DNA from: Eubacteriales bacterium
GTDB lineage: Bacteria > Bacillota > Clostridia > Oscillospirales > CAG-272
Reading direction: 5' to 3'
Assembly: GCA_045594085.1 (NCBI GenBank)
Contig: JAZNXW010000003.1
Span: forward strand, 8,668-72,667
DNA: 64,000 nucleotides
Shown: in pieces, positions 26,445 through 35,864 of the stretch
Layout of the letters: each line of letters starts with the position of its first letter
Position numbering within the stretch: position 1 is the stretch's first letter
Notes under the pieces: generated by a model
The model's database searches: none
Told to the model about the DNA's origin: nothing
The model's input: only the letters and a program-made list of their open reading frames with translations
Made by a program: the position numbers and the translations under genes

Positions 26445-28649
26445 ATGGCAACACTTATAATCGCCGAAAAGCCCTCGCTCGGCAGAAACATCGCCGCGGG
26501 CATCGGAAAGATGCAAAAGCACGACGGTTACCTCGAGGGCGGCGGCTATATCATAACGTGGGCGTTCGGTCATCTTTTTTCGCTTTGCGACATTGAGACC
26601 TACACCGGCAGTCCGAGCAAGCGTTGGCGGCTTGAGGGACTTCCCTGCATCCCGCGTCAATTTAAATTTGAATTGAAGCACGACGGCGACGGCAAGATTG
26701 ATCCCGGCGTCAAAAAGCAGTTTGCGATCATCAAAAGTCTTTGCAGACGCCCCGACGTTGACACGGTCGTAAACGCCGGTGACGCGGACCGCGAGGGCGA
26801 GATCATTGTGCGTCTGTGCGTCGGCAACGCGCTCGGCGCGAAGGGACTCGCGGAAAAGCAATTTATGCGTCTGTGGCTGCCCGATCAGACGCCGCAGACG
26901 GTACGTGCCGCGCTTGCGGAGATGAAGCCAGAGACAGAATATGACCGTCTTGCAAACGAAGGCTACGCCCGCACCTACATCGACTGGCTGTACGGTGTCA
27001 ATCTGACGCGATACGCGACGATACGTGCAGGCTCGCTACTGCGAGTCGGGCGCGTCATCGTGCCGATTGTGCGCGCCATTTACGAGCGTGATATGGAGAT
27101 CCGCAATTTCGTTCCGGAAAAGTATTATTCCGTCACGTCAAAGACCGAGCACGACGGCGTACCGATCGAGCTGACCAGCAAAAAGAAATTTCATCCGAAC
27201 GAATACGAAAAAGCGCTCGCCTATGCCGAAAGTCTGAATGCGGTTCCCGCGAGAGTCAAATCCGTCTCCGAAAAGCGCGAAACTCTTAATCCGGGCAAGC
27301 TCTATTCTCTGTCGAAGCTACAGAACGTGCTCGGCAAAAAGTACAAGATGTCAATGAAGGAATCGCTTGACATCGTGCAGAGCCTTTACGAAAAGGGGTA
27401 CCTTTCATATCCGCGTACAAACTCGGAATATCTCGCAACGGCTGAGCAATCCAAGGTCAAGGACATCATCGCAATTTGTAAAAATCTCGGCTACAACGTC
27501 GAGTTCAAATTCAAAAAATCCATCTTCGACGATGCAAAGATCGAATCCCACTCGGCGCTGACGCCGACGTACAAGATCCCCGACAAAACAAAGCTGACCG
27601 AGCGCGAGATGCAGGTCTATTCGACCGTTTTCAGGCGCTTTGTCGCCGTATTTTGCGCGGAGGAATGTGTCGTAATGAAAACGACTGTCAAGCTCGACTG
27701 CGGAGACGGCACGGAGTCATTCACGCTCAAGGGCACCGTTATGCTTGAAAAGGGATGGACGCGTTACGACGACTACACGACCAAGGACAAGCTTTTGCCG
27801 AAGCTATCCGAGGGTGACGAGATCGCAGTCGCGTTTGCTCCGACGGAAAAGGAGACGCAGCCGCCGAAGCATTACACGATCGAAACGCTCAACGCGTATT
27901 TGAAAAATCCGTTTCGCGATGATAAAAAGTCGAAATCGTCCAAAAAGCACGACGAAGAAGAGGAAGAAGCTGACACTCCCGAAAACGATGACGCTGAGTA
28001 CAAGGCGATGCTTTCCGGACTTGAGCTCGGCACGGAAGCAACGCGCACGGGCATCATCGACAACGCGCGCAAATCCGGATATATCGCGCTGACAAAGGAC
28101 GTATACACCATTCTTCCGATGGGAGAATATATGATCGAATCGCTCTCCCGCATGGGCATAGGTATGGACAAGTACAAGACCGCAGAGGTCGGTATGTCGC
28201 TGAAAAAGGTCTACCGCGGCGAATGCGAGATCGCAGACAGCGTTGCCGTAGCGGAGCGCGAGATCAGGAGCATATTCGAGTCAAACACCGAATTTACGCC
28301 GTCTCCGCCGCCCGGTGCAGTGAAGGACAATCCCGAGGAGGGCTCGGGTGTTGAGGTCGGCAAATGTCCGCTTTGCGGATGTCCGGTAACACACCGCAAA
28401 TTCCGTTTCGCCTGCGAAAAACACGGTGACGGATGCGATTTTTCCATCGGAGGCAAGATCTGCGGTGTGACGGTGACAGACGAGATGATGTCTCGGATGC
28501 TCACGACGGGCACGTCGGGGCTAATCAAGGGATTCACGTCTAAAAACGGCAAGCTCTTCGATGCAGAGCTGCAGCTTGAATCGGGAAAGCTCAAATTTGA
28601 GTTTCCTAAGACCTCTCCTGCCGCAAAAACAAGCGTCAAACAGGAGTGA
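26445..28649 (+). CDS. topB: DNA topoisomerase III (type IA)
   Basis: Toprim start ATLIIAEKPS, active-site region LSYPRTNSEYL, and a C-terminal CxxC...C zinc-ribbon/topo-C repeat. Confidence 0.9.
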   Translation: MATLIIAEKPSLGRNIAAGIGKMQKHDGYLEGGGYIITWAFGHLFSLCDIETYTGSPSKRWRLEGLPCIPRQFKFELKHDGDGKIDPGVKKQFAIIKSLCRRPDVDTVVNAGDADREGEIIVRLCVGNALGAKGLAEKQFMRLWLPDQTPQTVRAALAEMKPETEYDRLANEGYARTYIDWLYGVNLTRYATIRAGSLLRVGRVIVPIVRAIYERDMEIRNFVPEKYYSVTSKTEHDGVPIELTSKKKFHPNEYEKALAYAESLNAVPARVKSVSEKRETLNPGKLYSLSKLQNVLGKKYKMSMKESLDIVQSLYEKGYLSYPRTNSEYLATAEQSKVKDIIAICKNLGYNVEFKFKKSIFDDAKIESHSALTPTYKIPDKTKLTEREMQVYSTVFRRFVAVFCAEECVVMKTTVKLDCGDGTESFTLKGTVMLEKGWTRYDDYTTKDKLLPKLSEGDEIAVAFAPTEKETQPPKHYTIETLNAYLKNPFRDDKKSKSSKKHDEEEEEADTPENDDAEYKAMLSGLELGTEATRTGIIDNARKSGYIALTKDVYTILPMGEYMIESLSRMGIGMDKYKTAEVGMSLKKVYRGECEIADSVAVAEREIRSIFESNTEFTPSPPPGAVKDNPEEGSGVEVGKCPLCGCPVTHRKFRFACEKHGDGCDFSIGGKICGVTVTDEMMSRMLTTGTSGLIKGFTSKNGKLFDAELQLESGKLKFEFPKTSPAAKTSVKQE

Positions 28650-28665
28650 CGGAATATACGCACAA

Positions 28666-28696
28666 GAAAAAGCCTTGCTTTCGCAAGGCTTTTTTG
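28666..28696. terminator. bidirectional terminator
   Basis: aaaaagccttgctttcgcaaggctttttt. Confidence 0.8.
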
Positions 28697-30085
28697 TTAT
28701 ATTTCCAGCACAAATTCGGTTTTGTCCGCGATTCCGTTTGCGATCTTATACGGAAGAGGGGTGCCTGACATATCGTAATACGTCAGAATCACTCGCCCAC
28801 GCTCCACAGTCGCGACAAGTCCATAATACGGCGCGACCGTCCGCGCCGCGTCGTACATAGCGCCGTGGCTGGAGTACGTGAAGCCGATGACGGCTCTTGC
28901 GCCCGTTTCGTAATCATAGAGGAGCTCGTCTCCTCGTGTCAGTATTCGTCCGTAGCCCGTTTCGAGATGCTGACCATGGTTATGTCCCCACAGAAAGATC
29001 ACGTTTGGATAACCGTTAAGGAGGTCTATCAAACCGCGCGCTCCGTCCGGATGCGGACGCGTTTTGAGCGCGTGAAGCGGATAATGCGAATTGACAAAAA
29101 CGGGAATATCGGCAGGCACGCCCGCGAGCCACTTTGCAAGCTCTTCCGTGCGTTCGGCGGGAAAATGTGATTGAAAATCGTTATGATCGAATTCGGATGC
29201 GCCGTAGTTATACACGGCGTAATTATCTTCTGTAAAACCTCCGAAATCGACTGTGTCGGGATAGACGTCGCTGACGCTTCTTCCTTCCCAACGATACTCG
29301 TACTCACGCTCGTGATTACCGACAGTCACAATCGGCGGCGCTGACGTATATTTTGCAACGATCTCGCCGACGGATGCGTGTGCCGCCTGTTGTGAGGCGA
29401 TGGATTTGACGTTACCTGCGGTGATATCTCCGCCGAAAACACATCTTTCGAGCGTGACGGGCAGATTTTTGAGCCAACGGTCGAGGCGCTTCGGCAGATT
29501 GTGCACGTCGGAAATGAAGGAAAGACGAGATCTGCCATCCTCGTTCGGAGCGAGGTATGTGACTGCTTCGTATGCTTCTTCGGCGGGCGTCACGGCGTAA
29601 AATTCCGCGTCCGCGGACTCAGTGATGCTCGACACCCAATTATTCGCGGGAGCTATGAATCCGTGAGATGACATAAAAATGAGCTTAAATTCGGTATCTG
29701 AATCGTTAAAAGCGATCCACCCCTCGTTTGTGAGATGAAATTCCGTCGCATCGCCGTATTCGACGGATACGATCTCGCGGCGGTGATGCTCGCCGTATTC
29801 ATACCTTCCGTGCGCATTCAAATATATGTCACGGGCAAGACTTTTGAGTCGGAAGCAATCTTCTGCACCTTCAAAAATCCACAGCATATCGGCGCTGACC
29901 GCAGTTTTCCACTCGGGTGAAAAATCGCACGAAAAAAGACCTTTCACATCAGGATCGGTTCTATGTGCGTACGGACCGGAAGCCAACAGCGGACGGTGAC
30001 CGACGGTAATGACGTAGATATGTCCGTTTTCGGGCTTTGACTGTATATATCTCGCAGGTGTTCCCTCTTTGACCGTAGTGTACAT
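28697..30085 (-). CDS. metallophosphoesterase with an uncharacterised roughly 190-aa N-terminal domain
   Basis: Calcineurin-like motifs GDITAGN, VGNHE and WGHNHG in the C-terminal two thirds. The start is placed at ATG 30085 (RBS GAGAGGA). Confidence 0.75.
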   Translation of the reverse strand: MYTTVKEGTPARYIQSKPENGHIYVITVGHRPLLASGPYAHRTDPDVKGLFSCDFSPEWKTAVSADMLWIFEGAEDCFRLKSLARDIYLNAHGRYEYGEHHRREIVSVEYGDATEFHLTNEGWIAFNDSDTEFKLIFMSSHGFIAPANNWVSSITESADAEFYAVTPAEEAYEAVTYLAPNEDGRSRLSFISDVHNLPKRLDRWLKNLPVTLERCVFGGDITAGNVKSIASQQAAHASVGEIVAKYTSAPPIVTVGNHEREYEYRWEGRSVSDVYPDTVDFGGFTEDNYAVYNYGASEFDHNDFQSHFPAERTEELAKWLAGVPADIPVFVNSHYPLHALKTRPHPDGARGLIDLLNGYPNVIFLWGHNHGQHLETGYGRILTRGDELLYDYETGARAVIGFTYSSHGAMYDAARTVAPYYGLVATVERGRVILTYYDMSGTPLPYKIANGIADKTEFVLEI

Positions 30086-30247
30086 GACACGTCCTCTCAA
30101 TGTTTACTGATAATATTGTAGCAAAATCAGCCGCACGTTTCAATAGCGAAAAAAATATATTATTTTGCGCTTGTGTCTACAAATAACGTCTGATTTGTGA
30201 TAAAATAAAAACGGTACAACACAAACAAATAGAAACAGAGGCAGGTT

Positions 30248-30676
30248 ATGATCGATTTTTCCCGATATTTTCATCCCGATCACAAAATTTATCTTGAAAA
30301 CGTAAATTACGAGCACATCAAGGCGCCTGCGGGCAAGCTTCGGATGAACTGCAAGGACACTATAGTTGCGCATCTTGCGGAGCCCGTCGGAATCAAGGTA
30401 ACCTTCAACCGCACGGTATCATTTGAACCGGAGGGACTTTTTTATCTGTCCGTTTCATTTTCCGCTATCATGAGATTCAACGAAGAGACGAAAGACGAGA
30501 TAAGCTGGAAAGGTCTTGACATTGCGTCCGAGTTCCGTCAGAACGGCGGCGCTGTACTGCACAATCTCTCCTCGCGCGCTGCGCTTCTGATCGCGGAGCT
30601 TACGTCCGCGTCCGGTCAATCGCCTCTCATCACTCCGACAGGCACGGCAAAACAACCGCCCAATCACGAAGAATAA
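30248..30676 (+). CDS. hypothetical protein (possible SecB-like fold)
   Basis: 142-aa ORF with a weak RBS and a hairpin plus T6 downstream. It is divergent from the phosphoesterase gene. No motif was recognised with certainty. Confidence 0.5.
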   Translation: MIDFSRYFHPDHKIYLENVNYEHIKAPAGKLRMNCKDTIVAHLAEPVGIKVTFNRTVSFEPEGLFYLSVSFSAIMRFNEETKDEISWKGLDIASEFRQNGGAVLHNLSSRAALLIAELTSASGQSPLITPTGTAKQPPNHEE

Positions 30677-30680
30677 TCCC

Positions 30681-30720
30681 CTTCCCCCAACGTTCGAGAC
30701 GGCGTCGGGGGAGCTTTTTT
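30681..30720 (+). terminator. Rho-independent terminator
   Basis: cttcccccaacg...cgtcgggggag followed by T6. Confidence 0.6.
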
Positions 30721-30746
30721 GTTTACATTTTCACCCAAAGAAAAAT

Positions 30747-30800
30747 AATTTGTTAATAAATCAATTTGTTATTGACACGTCTTCTTACAGATGATATACT
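30747..30800 (+). promoter_or_regulatory. sigma-A promoter with direct repeats (candidate MarR operator)
   Basis: TTGACA (30772-30777), 17-nt spacer, TATACT (30795-30800). AATTTGTTA is repeated at 30747-30755 and 30763-30771, abutting the -35. Confidence 0.55.
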
Positions 30801-30851
30801 GTAAGCGTAGATAATTTATGAATAAACTATTTTTGGCACGGAGGTAACTAA

Positions 30852-31367
30852 ATGAGCACACGAAGAGGAAGCTACAAAAACAACAAGCCCCTCCACAACA
30901 ACATTTTCGAGCCGAACGCAAGTCCGACTCCCCCGCCCAAGCCCAAACTCAATCCTATCATGCTCGTGAACGAGATCGGCAGACTCTGGCACCGTCTTGT
31001 TGAAAACGACGCTCCCGAGGAATTCCGTCAGAAGAGCAACCGCGCGATCCTGCGCGAGCTTTCGATAAGGGACGGTGTTTATCAGCTTGATCTTGCGGAA
31101 AGCACACATCTCAAGCCCCCCACCATCAGCGTCACTCTCGGCAAGCTTGAGGCAGACGGTATCATCTTCCGCACGGTCGATCCGATGGATCTGCGTGCAA
31201 CGAAGGTGTATCTCACCGAAAAGGGTCGTGAGATCAACTCAAAGCTTCATTCCCGTCTAAAAAATGCGGATGAGGTTGCACTTCGCGGGCTGTCTGAGGA
31301 AGAGACGGAGTTGCTCCTTTCTCTTCTTTACAGAATAAAGGACAATCTTGCCGAATCAGACGAGTAA
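30852..31367 (+). CDS. MarR family transcriptional regulator
   Basis: Winged-HTH core LDLAESTHLKPPTISVTLGKLEADGIIFR...DLRATKVYLTEKG. Confidence 0.85.
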   Translation: MSTRRGSYKNNKPLHNNIFEPNASPTPPPKPKLNPIMLVNEIGRLWHRLVENDAPEEFRQKSNRAILRELSIRDGVYQLDLAESTHLKPPTISVTLGKLEADGIIFRTVDPMDLRATKVYLTEKGREINSKLHSRLKNADEVALRGLSEEETELLLSLLYRIKDNLAESDE

Positions 31368-31385
31368 AGCGAGGAAATACACCGA

Positions 31386-33149
31386 ATGAAACATAAAAAA
31401 CTGACTTCATACTTAAAGCCGTACTGGCTTCCTGCGATAATCTCACCCCTTTTTATGATAGGCGAGGTCATAGCAGACCTTAATCTGACAAAGAAAATGT
31501 CGCTTATCGTCAATGACGGCGTACTCAAAAACGATATGTCTGCGATCATCGAAATCGGACTTACGATGCTTGCCATTGCCGCTGTCGGCGGATTTATGGG
31601 CATTTTTTGTGCGTGGACGGCAAGTGTTGCCGCACAGGGCTTCGGCAACGATCTTCGCTGCGATATGTTCCGACGCGTAATGTACCTTTCCGAAGAGCAG
31701 ACGGACAAATTCACGACAGGCTCTCTTGTTACGAGAATCACAAACGATATCACGGCGCTTCAGGATCTTGTCAATATGATCCTGCGTATGTTCGTGCGTG
31801 CGCCTATCTTTTTCATCGGCGGCATTTACTTCACACTGACACTGAATCTGCGTTTCGGCACCGTTGTACTGTTCGCACTCCCCTTCGTTATCATATGCGT
31901 TATCGTGATGCTGAAGCTCGTTAACCCAATGTTCTTGAAGGTACAGACAAAGCTTGACCGCGTCAACGCTATCGTTCAGGAAAACGTATCCGGTGCGCGC
32001 GTAGTCAAGGCATACACCCGCGAGGATTACGAGATCAACCGTTTTGACGGTGCAAACACAGATTTCAGAGACACTTCGTTCAAGGTGTTCAAGACGATGG
32101 CGTTCCTTTGGCCGTCGCTCGGTCTCGTTATGAACGCTGCTGTCATCGCCATCTATTGGATCGGTGCTCAGCTTGTCGATCTGTCCGCGCTGAACGACAC
32201 GCTCGAGGAGTTCTCTGTAGGTGACGTTATGGCGGCGGCAAGCTACATCACGCAGATCCTCTCCTCCATTATGATGGTTTCGATGATGTTCCAGCAGCTC
32301 GCGCGCGGCAAAGCAAGTGCAGGACGCGTACGCGAGGTGCTTTGGTCCGATCCCGTTATCGTAGGCGGTGAAAAAACGGACGGCGAAGACAAGGACATTG
32401 CAGTTGAGCTTCGCGGAGTATCCTTCCGTTACCCCGGCTCACAGGGCGATGACGTTCTCTCCGGAATCGACCTCAAGGTAAGACGCGGCGAGACTGTCGC
32501 CATCATCGGTGCGACGGGATCCGGAAAATCCTCTCTTGTTTCGCTCCTCCCGAGATATTACGACGCCACGGCGGGCGAAGTCCTCGTCGACGGAGTCAAC
32601 GTGCGTGATTACGATCTGCACGCGCTCCGTGAAAAATTCGGCTTCGTTTTACAGAAATCCGAGCTTTTCTCCGGTACAATAGCGGACAACATCCGTTGGG
32701 GCAATGAGGACGCCACGGACGAAGAAGTCGTGCGTGCGGCAAAGATCGCGCAGGCGGACGATTTCATTATGGGCTTCAACGACGATTATGAAACCATGGT
32801 CTCCGAAAAGGGAGCTTCCCTCTCCGGCGGTCAGAAGCAGAGAATGTCCATCGCGCGTGCTATTGTGCGCAACCCCGAGATCATCATCTTCGACGACAGC
32901 ACTTCTGCGCTTGACCTCGGAACCGAAGCACGCTTGCAACGGGCTCTCCGCGAAAATCTCGACGGAACGACCGTCATTATGATCGCGCAGCGTATCGCAA
33001 GCGTCAAAAACGCTGACAGAATCGCCGTGCTTGAGCAGGGCACTGTCACAGCGTTTGCTCCTCACGACGAGCTTATGCAAACGAGCGAGACCTACCGCGA
33101 CATTTACAATTCTCAGATGAAAAACACGGAAGGAGGTAACGAGCAGTGA
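31386..33149 (+). CDS. ABC exporter fused permease/ATPase (heterodimer partner 1)
   Basis: 6-TM domain, then Walker A GATGSGKSS, signature LSGGQKQR and Walker B IIIFDDSTSALD. Confidence 0.9.
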   Translation: MKHKKLTSYLKPYWLPAIISPLFMIGEVIADLNLTKKMSLIVNDGVLKNDMSAIIEIGLTMLAIAAVGGFMGIFCAWTASVAAQGFGNDLRCDMFRRVMYLSEEQTDKFTTGSLVTRITNDITALQDLVNMILRMFVRAPIFFIGGIYFTLTLNLRFGTVVLFALPFVIICVIVMLKLVNPMFLKVQTKLDRVNAIVQENVSGARVVKAYTREDYEINRFDGANTDFRDTSFKVFKTMAFLWPSLGLVMNAAVIAIYWIGAQLVDLSALNDTLEEFSVGDVMAAASYITQILSSIMMVSMMFQQLARGKASAGRVREVLWSDPVIVGGEKTDGEDKDIAVELRGVSFRYPGSQGDDVLSGIDLKVRRGETVAIIGATGSGKSSLVSLLPRYYDATAGEVLVDGVNVRDYDLHALREKFGFVLQKSELFSGTIADNIRWGNEDATDEEVVRAAKIAQADDFIMGFNDDYETMVSEKGASLSGGQKQRMSIARAIVRNPEIIIFDDSTSALDLGTEARLQRALRENLDGTTVIMIAQRIASVKNADRIAVLEQGTVTAFAPHDELMQTSETYRDIYNSQMKNTEGGNEQ

Positions 33150-35077
33150 ACGAAAGACGTCCTCATCCCGATAAAATGCCTCCCGAAGGGGCTCCCGCAA
33201 AGAAAAATCTGATCAAAACAGAGAAAAAAGAAGTGAGCATGGATGAGCTCCGTGCCGCTGCCGCAAAGCGCGGCGGTCCCGGCGGCAGAGGCGGTATGAT
33301 CCGTGAAAAGCCGCAGAACACCAAGGAAACGCTCAAAAAGCTGATTCGCTACATCGGAAAAAGCTCGCATCTTCTCGTTATTCTCGTTGTCATTATGCTG
33401 ATGACAACTGCCACATCTCTTATCTCCCCCGCAATTCAAGCCAAAGTCATCAACTGCATCACGATCGACAAATCTCAGCTTCGCGTTGATTTTGACGGAC
33501 TCAAATTATATCTGATGCTTATGGGCATCATCTTCATACTCAACTGCGTGCTTTCACTCGTACAGTCGCTCGTTTCGGCTCGTCTGTCACAGTGGACGGT
33601 ATACAATCTGCGACGCGATCTTTTTAACAAGATCGAATATCTGCCGATCAAATACACCGACACCCACAAGCACGGCGATCTTATGAGCCGTATGACCAAC
33701 GACGTAGACAACGTATCCAACGCGATCTCCTCATCGATCACCTCGCTCATCTCAAGTGTACTGACGTTGATCGGTTCGTTTGCGATGATTATCAAATTCT
33801 GCTGGAAAACCCCCGTGATGCTTTTCGTTTCGATATGCACCATTCCTCTTACGTTCTTCCTCTCCGCTATGCTCGGAAAGCTGATGCGCAAATACTTCGT
33901 TAAGCGTCAGATACTTCTCGGCAGTCTGAACGGTCAGGTCGAGGAAATGGTAACGGGCTTCAAGACCGTTATGGCATACGGCAAAGAGGATATGGCGATC
34001 GATGCATTCAACGAAACAAGCGAAGAATTCAGACGCTGCAGCATCAAAGCCAACGTATGGGGCGGAATCATGGGTCCCGTTATGAACGTCGTCAACAACC
34101 TTAATTACCTTCTCGTTGCTGCGTTCGGCGGTTATTACTGCATCACGGGAGCGCTTATCGTAGGTGACATTCAGGCAATTCTTATGTATTCGCGTCAGTT
34201 CTCGATGCCGATCTCGCAGATCGCGAATCAGTACGCGACGATCCTCACCGCCATTGCGGGTGCGGAGCGCGTATTTGCGATCCTTGATTCACCGAGCGAG
34301 CCCGACGAAGGCAAGAGTGACATCACCGTAGACGACATCAAGGGCAACATTGAGATGCACGCCGTTGATTTCTCCTACAAAGAAAGTGAGCCTGTACTCA
34401 AGAAGCTCGACCTTTCCGTCAAGGCGGGACAAAAGATCGCCATTGTCGGTGCGACGGGATCGGGCAAGACCACGATAGTAAATCTGCTCACGCGATTCTA
34501 CGACATCGACGGCGGCACCATCACCGTAGACGGCGTCGATCTTTACGACATCCCGAAAAAGACGCTCCGCTCCGCGATCGCTATCGTTTTGCAGGACACT
34601 GTTCTCTTCTCCGATTCGATCGGTGCCAACATCCGTTACGGCAAGCTTGACGCAACGGACGAGGAGGTAAAGGAAGCTGCCAAGACCTCGAACGCTCACA
34701 GATTCGTTTCGCGTCTTCCGAATGGATACGAAACGGAGCTTACAGAATCCGGATCCAACATAAGCCAGGGACAGCGTCAGCTTCTCTCCATTGCACGCGC
34801 TGTACTCGCAGATCCGAAGATCCTCATCCTCGATGAGGCTACGTCAAGCGTAGACACTCGAACGGAAATGCACATCCAGGAGGCGATGCTTCACCTGATG
34901 AAGGGCAGAACGTCCCTTATCATCGCGCACCGACTCTCCACGATCCGCGACGCAGACAAGATCGTTGTCATTTCAAACGGTCAGGTTGCCGAGGCGGGCA
35001 ATCACGAAGAGCTCCTCGCCGCAAAGGGCGAATACTACAAGCTCTATCAGACACAGTTTGCGGGCTTTGCGACCTAA
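33146..35077 (+). CDS. ABC exporter fused permease/ATPase (heterodimer partner 2)
   Basis: GTGA overlap with the upstream gene. GATGSGKTT, ISQGQRQL, ILILDEATSSVD. Confidence 0.9.
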   Translation: MNERRPHPDKMPPEGAPAKKNLIKTEKKEVSMDELRAAAAKRGGPGGRGGMIREKPQNTKETLKKLIRYIGKSSHLLVILVVIMLMTTATSLISPAIQAKVINCITIDKSQLRVDFDGLKLYLMLMGIIFILNCVLSLVQSLVSARLSQWTVYNLRRDLFNKIEYLPIKYTDTHKHGDLMSRMTNDVDNVSNAISSSITSLISSVLTLIGSFAMIIKFCWKTPVMLFVSICTIPLTFFLSAMLGKLMRKYFVKRQILLGSLNGQVEEMVTGFKTVMAYGKEDMAIDAFNETSEEFRRCSIKANVWGGIMGPVMNVVNNLNYLLVAAFGGYYCITGALIVGDIQAILMYSRQFSMPISQIANQYATILTAIAGAERVFAILDSPSEPDEGKSDITVDDIKGNIEMHAVDFSYKESEPVLKKLDLSVKAGQKIAIVGATGSGKTTIVNLLTRFYDIDGGTITVDGVDLYDIPKKTLRSAIAIVLQDTVLFSDSIGANIRYGKLDATDEEVKEAAKTSNAHRFVSRLPNGYETELTESGSNISQGQRQLLSIARAVLADPKILILDEATSSVDTRTEMHIQEAMLHLMKGRTSLIIAHRLSTIRDADKIVVISNGQVAEAGNHEELLAAKGEYYKLYQTQFAGFAT

Positions 35078-35083
35078 ACAAAC

Positions 35084-35122
35084 AAAAAACGGTTCTTCCC
35101 AATCGGGAAGAACCGTTTTTTT
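35084..35122. terminator. bidirectional terminator
   Basis: aaaaaacggttcttcccaatcgggaagaaccgtttttt. Confidence 0.8.
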
Positions 35123-35130
35123 CGGTTTTC

Positions 35131-35721
35131 TTACTTATTCTCAAGCTTTTCGAACAGCTCGTCGGAATGCTCACGGATGATCGCGGCATAGCGCGCTATG
35201 ATAATGACCTCAAGCGCAGAAACGAGGCGCTCCTTCGCATCGGAGATGTTCGGGTTAAGATCGCTTGCATCGATGAGAGATTCGATCAGCTCGTGAAGCT
35301 TAGCATCATCGCAGAAGGCATCGTCATCAAGAAGCCTGTCCGTGATCTTACAAATATAATCGTACAGCTTGGACTCAGGGATAATGTCGTCTGCCCTGTC
35401 ATTTACGCTTCCGTTGATGTAGGAAAGAATAAACGATATTCTCGAAAGCTGCATAGTGTCGCGGAGCATATTGATTATAATGATTCGCGCAAACGTGTTG
35501 ATCGGGTAAAGCTTATTCACCGTGTTGGCGATCCAACCGCGCTTGACCCAGTTCTGGAGCGTCGAGCTGTCGAGGCCGGAAATATCTCTGACGAGCGAAA
35601 GCGGGATTCCCTCCTTCAAAAAGAAGATCTTTTTAAGGAATTCGAGCCCCGTTGAGCCGTCCATATCCTTTTTATATATAACAGTTCCGGGAATTTTATC
35701 GTCATTGATCGCAAGATACAT
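35131..35721 (-). CDS. DUF1836-like putative DNA-binding protein
   Basis: LDSSTLQNWVKRGWIANTVNKLYPINTFARIIIINMLRD resembles the DUF1836 core. RBS AAGGAGA. Confidence 0.5.
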   Translation of the reverse strand: MYLAINDDKIPGTVIYKKDMDGSTGLEFLKKIFFLKEGIPLSLVRDISGLDSSTLQNWVKRGWIANTVNKLYPINTFARIIIINMLRDTMQLSRISFILSYINGSVNDRADDIIPESKLYDYICKITDRLLDDDAFCDDAKLHELIESLIDASDLNPNISDAKERLVSALEVIIIARYAAIIREHSDELFEKLENK

Positions 35722-35810
35722 ATTGATTCTCCTTTTCTGTTTTTATTCAGTATTATGCTGTAACAGCATTATATCACGCAATCCCGTGACTGTCAAGCGG
35801 CATCTTCGCA

Positions 35811-35850
35811 CAAAGAAAAATAGACCCCCGAGGGACTGCGCCTCGGGGGG
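35811..35850 (-). terminator. Rho-independent terminator after the lipoprotein gene
   Basis: cccccgagg...cctcggggg, followed on the minus strand by TCTATTTTTCTTTG. Confidence 0.7.
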
Positions 35851-35864
35851 ATTTATATTATTCA

